Virus record (IMG/VR): IMGVR_UViG_3300025640_001000
DNA from: a virus
Taxonomy: Duplodnaviria; Caudoviricetes
Length of the DNA: 64,000 nucleotides
Strand: one strand, 5' to 3'
Below the pieces are notes generated by a model. That model was not told where the DNA came from. It made no database searches and saw nothing but the letters and a program-made list of their open reading frames with translations. A program made the translations under genes and the position numbers. Shown one piece after another: positions 59,902 to 64,000 of the stretch. The stretch's first letter is position 1. The number at the start of each line of letters is the position of its first letter.

Positions 59902-62900
59902 ATGACTGCACAACACGGTACAACAACTACAAGTAGTATAGGTTGGTACGGCAGTTATTCAGATGAATCAGGTGATTATTGCGAACCGTTTGACCAAGAA
60001 TTATACGAATCTCAATTAAGACACTTTATTCTTGTAGGATCAACGGGTAAACCATCTCGTTTGTTTTCCGAAAGTCAACATCCATGTGGATCAGCAAGTT
60101 TTGTTTATAGCAGAAAACATGAAGCAGTTGTTATTCCTGATTATCATGCAGGATACATCAATGAAGCAGACTCTGGTAGAGTTCGTCCAAAAACAAAATA
60201 TACTCTTGAATTTGAATTGCAAGGTTTAACTGATGATTTTTACGGTGCCAATGCAACAATCGATTCAAAATACAAAATTACCAACACGATAATCAATCGT
60301 AAACCTGTTTACAAAAAGTTATTTGAGGATTGGTTCATATTTTTTGATCAAGACCGACTGAGGTATGTTCTTGCCAACGGATTAATTGATTACAACAACT
60401 TTTTAGTTGGTGAAATACAAAGACCCAACGGAATATATCGTTCGTTGTTGGATGATGACCAAATTGGAATTTCAGAAGGAGTAGAAGAGTTCGCAGAAAA
60501 AACAACGTGTGAAGTGGATATACAATATCAAGTACGAACTGTATCTGGTGCATATTTTCCGAAAAAATACAAAGAGTATTTTGAAACATCTGAAATAAAA
60601 GGTTCTGCGAACAGAACCATTTCAGAAAATACTCATTTAGCATCTTCTTGTTTTCTTGATGTTAAAAAGTTAGAACTTTCCACCGAAATCGGTCGTGGAT
60701 TTGGTTCAACTGTTTCACCTAAGTTTACTCAAGAATTTGAAACAGATTGCACAAATTCAGGAACTTTAAAAATTTCATATGAAGCAGATGTTGATCCCAA
60801 TTGTGATGTAACCGCAGTTGAAATTGAGCATATAAATGAAGGTGAACGTATTGTAAATTTGGTGGAACGATACGATGCAAATTATACAACCACTTCATTG
60901 AGTGTAGATGAGGTTGTCAACAACAAAACGATGTATCTTGGAGACAATCCTCCAACAATTACACAAAATTCAAACGGACAAAAATCGTTTTTGTTTGACG
61001 GAACAAATTGTTTTAAAATCAGTTCTTTGTATGCTCAAAATGCAGTAAACAACGAAGAATTTTCAATATTCTTAAAATATAAACCTGCAACTGAATCACA
61101 AACAGGTGTATTAATGTCTAGGTGGCAAATCAACGAAGCATCAACTATCAATTTAAAATCAACTCATCTTGTATACACACACAAACTTCAAACTTACAAA
61201 AATACCAACATTTACTCACTTGATAAACCAACAAAAGATGTTTGGCATAATTTACTGATAACATACAACCAATCCACCACCACCGATAATCTGCAAATTT
61301 ATTTGGATGATCAAACTGCAATTCCATTTGATACAACTTCAGAAGAATTTAAAGATAGTGATTTACCATTTGTAATTGGTGGTTTTTTGTCAAACAATGG
61401 AACTTTAAAAAATGGTTACATTGGAGAAATAAATGATATACGATTTTACGACAGACAACTTACAATAGAAGAAAAACAACAATTATTTTCCGGAATCGAT
61501 TACGATTCGACTCGTCAAACTTACAATATTCCTGAAACATTCAATAAAACTGAGTACGAGCATTTGTTTTACGAAAACACAGAAACTCTTGTTAGTGAAA
61601 CAGATTTTAGTCTTCCTGTAGATATACAAATAAAAGAAATGCACTCAATTGATGATATAACTGCGATAAGTTACATGGAAAACGACAAATTGCAGTTGGA
61701 ATTTTTTCACGATGGAACAAGTTCGTATAAACGAACAACTGCATATCCAGAAGCAACTAAATTTAAGATCACGTCTGATAAAATATTTGTTTGTTATACA
61801 AATCATTTGTTTATATTAAATTTAAATAAATCAGAATCAGGTGCAGTTTCTGGAATCAGTTCATTTACAGAATTAACTTCTTATATTCACAATGATTTTT
61901 TTGATGTATCTGCAAGTGGAAAATTTGTATTTGTTACCAGATACATAGACGGAGAAAAAATTGCGACAAGTTATTTGCTAACGGGATCAACTCTTACTCC
62001 AGTATCATTTTCGGGAGACATTTCAAATGTAACTGATTTTTGTACACTTGATGAATTTGTGTTGATTACGTTGAGTGGAAAAACCATGATATTATATAAA
62101 GAACTTGATGACATTTATGAAATCAAGTGGTTACAGGATATACAAGAACCAGAAACGATAATCAAAAGTAAAATTATATCATGCGTTCAAGATGAAAAAA
62201 CCAAGTATTTTATTGCAAGTAGATACGAAACAAATGATTTAAGAAGTTATTCATCACGATTCAAGTCATCCACTTATATCAAAAATAACGTCGGAATTCT
62301 TAAATTAAGAAAAATCAATGAATCTTTGACTAAAATAAATGGTTATGAAATCGAAGAAACTCCGTTTCAAGTAATCTGCCCTCCGTATGATGTTCATGGC
62401 AACGGATTTTTAAATACAAAAATGTTTGGAGATCAACTTGGATTTTATGATAACTTTTTAGTTGTTGCTACTCCTGGATATAAATCGTGGTGTTATCAAC
62501 TTACATCTGATTCTCAGTATGTATTTGTTACTGCATTAAAATCTTTGACGATTGATGGGTCATTTGTAAATTCATTGAAAAACTCAATTCTGATAAACAC
62601 TAAAACAATTGGAAACGAAGCAGCTTTCTTTAACAACCGAGACAAACTTGGTAGTTTTTCATTCACATCAAAAAGTAACAGTGAACTTCTTTTGCATAAA
62701 CAAACTAAATTGCCGTTTACTGAATACGGACAAAAATTAAAAACATGGTTTCGTTTTGGTGATGATTATGTCAACAACGATGAAAAGTTTGTGATGTTGG
62801 ACCGATCAGGAAACTACAATCATCTTAATTGTTATTTTAAAAATTCAGATAATACATTTGTTTCTCCGTTTGATAATCGTTTCGTGGGACCAACCGAAGG

Positions 62901-63411
62901 AGATTCATCTATCTTTTTGAGTGGAAACACTAGAATGGATTTTTCATGTTCACTTGAAAACAAAAGTTTTTCAATTAATGTTTGGTATATGCCAACTCAA
63001 TTAAACACAGGAACAGAATACAATGTGGTAATATCTTCAAAATATGAAGCATCTGATACAGAAACTGGATTTTGTATATTGGCAGATGGAAGAACCAAGT
63101 CAGGAGATACTATTTTAGAACCAACACCATCGGTAACTAATGTATACGAATGGGTAATGGTAACTGTGTGCTATAATCACGAAGCAAAACGATTGAATCA
63201 TTATGTAAATTCAATTCCATCTGTGTGGTATGATGATGTTGATATTTCACTTGATGATGACATTTTTAGAATCGGAAGAGAATTCGAAACAAATGATACT
63301 AATGGATACATTGGGTATTTAGATGATATCAAAATATACGATACATTGTTAACTCCAACTGAGATTCAGAGTGAGTATAAAAAAAGTTGGAAATATGAAT
63401 GGTTACAGTGA
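59902..63411 (+). CDS. GWYG-domain + two LamG domains + possible beta-propeller protein
   Basis: IGWYGSY..YCEPF..PCG..IPDY..DSGRV; WHNLLITY..INDIRFYDR; WVMVTVCY..LDDIKIYD. Confidence 0.72.
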   Translation: MTAQHGTTTTSSIGWYGSYSDESGDYCEPFDQELYESQLRHFILVGSTGKPSRLFSESQHPCGSASFVYSRKHEAVVIPDYHAGYINEADSGRVRPKTKYTLEFELQGLTDDFYGANATIDSKYKITNTIINRKPVYKKLFEDWFIFFDQDRLRYVLANGLIDYNNFLVGEIQRPNGIYRSLLDDDQIGISEGVEEFAEKTTCEVDIQYQVRTVSGAYFPKKYKEYFETSEIKGSANRTISENTHLASSCFLDVKKLELSTEIGRGFGSTVSPKFTQEFETDCTNSGTLKISYEADVDPNCDVTAVEIEHINEGERIVNLVERYDANYTTTSLSVDEVVNNKTMYLGDNPPTITQNSNGQKSFLFDGTNCFKISSLYAQNAVNNEEFSIFLKYKPATESQTGVLMSRWQINEASTINLKSTHLVYTHKLQTYKNTNIYSLDKPTKDVWHNLLITYNQSTTTDNLQIYLDDQTAIPFDTTSEEFKDSDLPFVIGGFLSNNGTLKNGYIGEINDIRFYDRQLTIEEKQQLFSGIDYDSTRQTYNIPETFNKTEYEHLFYENTETLVSETDFSLPVDIQIKEMHSIDDITAISYMENDKLQLEFFHDGTSSYKRTTAYPEATKFKITSDKIFVCYTNHLFILNLNKSESGAVSGISSFTELTSYIHNDFFDVSASGKFVFVTRYIDGEKIATSYLLTGSTLTPVSFSGDISNVTDFCTLDEFVLITLSGKTMILYKELDDIYEIKWLQDIQEPETIIKSKIISCVQDEKTKYFIASRYETNDLRSYSSRFKSSTYIKNNVGILKLRKINESLTKINGYEIEETPFQVICPPYDVHGNGFLNTKMFGDQLGFYDNFLVVATPGYKSWCYQLTSDSQYVFVTALKSLTIDGSFVNSLKNSILINTKTIGNEAAFFNNRDKLGSFSFTSKSNSELLLHKQTKLPFTEYGQKLKTWFRFGDDYVNNDEKFVMLDRSGNYNHLNCYFKNSDNTFVSPFDNRFVGPTEGDSSIFLSGNTRMDFSCSLENKSFSINVWYMPTQLNTGTEYNVVISSKYEASDTETGFCILADGRTKSGDTILEPTPSVTNVYEWVMVTVCYNHEAKRLNHYVNSIPSVWYDDVDISLDDDIFRIGREFETNDTNGYIGYLDDIKIYDTLLTPTEIQSEYKKSWKYEWLQ

Positions 63412-63482
63412 TTCAACTGAAGAACAAAAAAACAAGCAAAAACCAATAAAATATTATACTTATAAATAAAGGAGTTTTACTT

Positions 63483-63977
63483 ATGGCAATTATTACATCA
63501 AGATATGCATTGGGTTGGTACGGAATATCGTATGCCTCAAATGACACATTGTGTTCAGAATTTAATTTAACGAAAAACATTGGAAGTTACAAAATGACTA
63601 ACAATGGAGGAAATTGGACAAAAACTTTTGTACGTGGAACATCACTTCCTGCAAGTGCAACTGAAGAAGTTGTTAATGGTTTGCTTATTTTTGGATACTC
63701 TTCCACAGGTGCACCTTGGGTTTGGAGTTTGCAAAAAGAAGAATCTGCTTTTTATGATCCAGAAAGTCCATTTGTTTCATCTGATCAAGCAGGCCAACCA
63801 TTTCGTGGAGGAATTGCATTCACCAAAAATGATGAAGGTGACGCAATTCTTGCGTGTGGAAGAATGTACTTTATTATCAACAATCGTAGTCTTGAGTTTG
63901 ATATACCAGGATTTGTTCCGAGTGCAGACGGAGTTGATATGGGAAGAATTGATACAACCAATAAAAGTGTTAAATAA
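63483..63977 (+). CDS. Stand-alone GWYG-domain protein
   Basis: LGWYGISY..CSEFNL...LACGRMYFII..FDIPGFV..MGRI; AAGGAG SD and TACTTAT upstream. Confidence 0.7.
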   Translation: MAIITSRYALGWYGISYASNDTLCSEFNLTKNIGSYKMTNNGGNWTKTFVRGTSLPASATEEVVNGLLIFGYSSTGAPWVWSLQKEESAFYDPESPFVSSDQAGQPFRGGIAFTKNDEGDAILACGRMYFIINNRSLEFDIPGFVPSADGVDMGRIDTTNKSVK

Positions 63978-63981
63978 TTAG

Positions 63982-64000
63982 ATGGCATTATTAAACACAA
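63982..64000 (+). CDS. Start of the next gene (MALLNT..., truncated)
   Basis: ATG 4 nt after the previous stop. Confidence 0.35.

Noticed and set aside
1-64000. Genome-wide stop-codon reassignment
   Set aside because: TAA, TAG and TGA all end paralogous sulfotransferases at the same position, and coding density is high under code 11
1-64000. Eukaryotic giant virus or bacterial chromosome origin
   Set aside because: tmRNA, SD sites, sigma70 promoters and a gp62-like clamp loader favour a phage; no housekeeping operons or signal peptides. Capsid and terminase genes are not in the window, so this remains an inference.
222-64000. Numerous 60-135 aa ORFs nested in or antisense to long genes (e.g. 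VGVGVG ORFs)
   Set aside because: Shadows of real genes and PT linkers, without their own signals

Overview
AT-rich, gene-dense window, almost entirely + strand, most consistent with a jumbo (huge) tailed phage. Support: T4 gp62-like clamp-loader subunit, dNMP kinase, HNH endonuclease, sigma70-type promoters plus a phage-specific TA(T/C)TTAT promoter motif, and no housekeeping operons. The ClpC N-terminus points tentatively to a PVC/Verrucomicrobiota host. Four themes: (1) About 40 kb of large, signal-peptide-less, Cys-rich mosaic proteins built from LamG, RCC1, FG-GAP, DUF285/BspA, PKD-like, cupredoxin-like and subtilase modules joined by Pro/Thr linkers. Three carry dockerin-like Ca-binding motifs and nine share an unnamed 'GWYG...CGxxY' domain (about ten copies), suggesting a cellulosome-like modular display system on the virion. 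(2) A glycan-modification set: six sulfotransferase-2 paralogues, FkbM and two glycosyltransferase-like genes. (3) A ribosome-rescue/proteolysis kit: a tmRNA with an unusually long 29-codon acidic tag and no encoded CCA, an adjacent alanine dehydrogenase, a CCA-adding/HD enzyme and ClpC. (4) Nucleotide-metabolism genes and a 2OG-Fe dioxygenase/PLP enzyme pair. The regulatory architecture includes a palindromic operator-like element and RBS-sequestering hairpins that enclose the promoter motif. All calls come from reading motifs by eye; no database searches were run.
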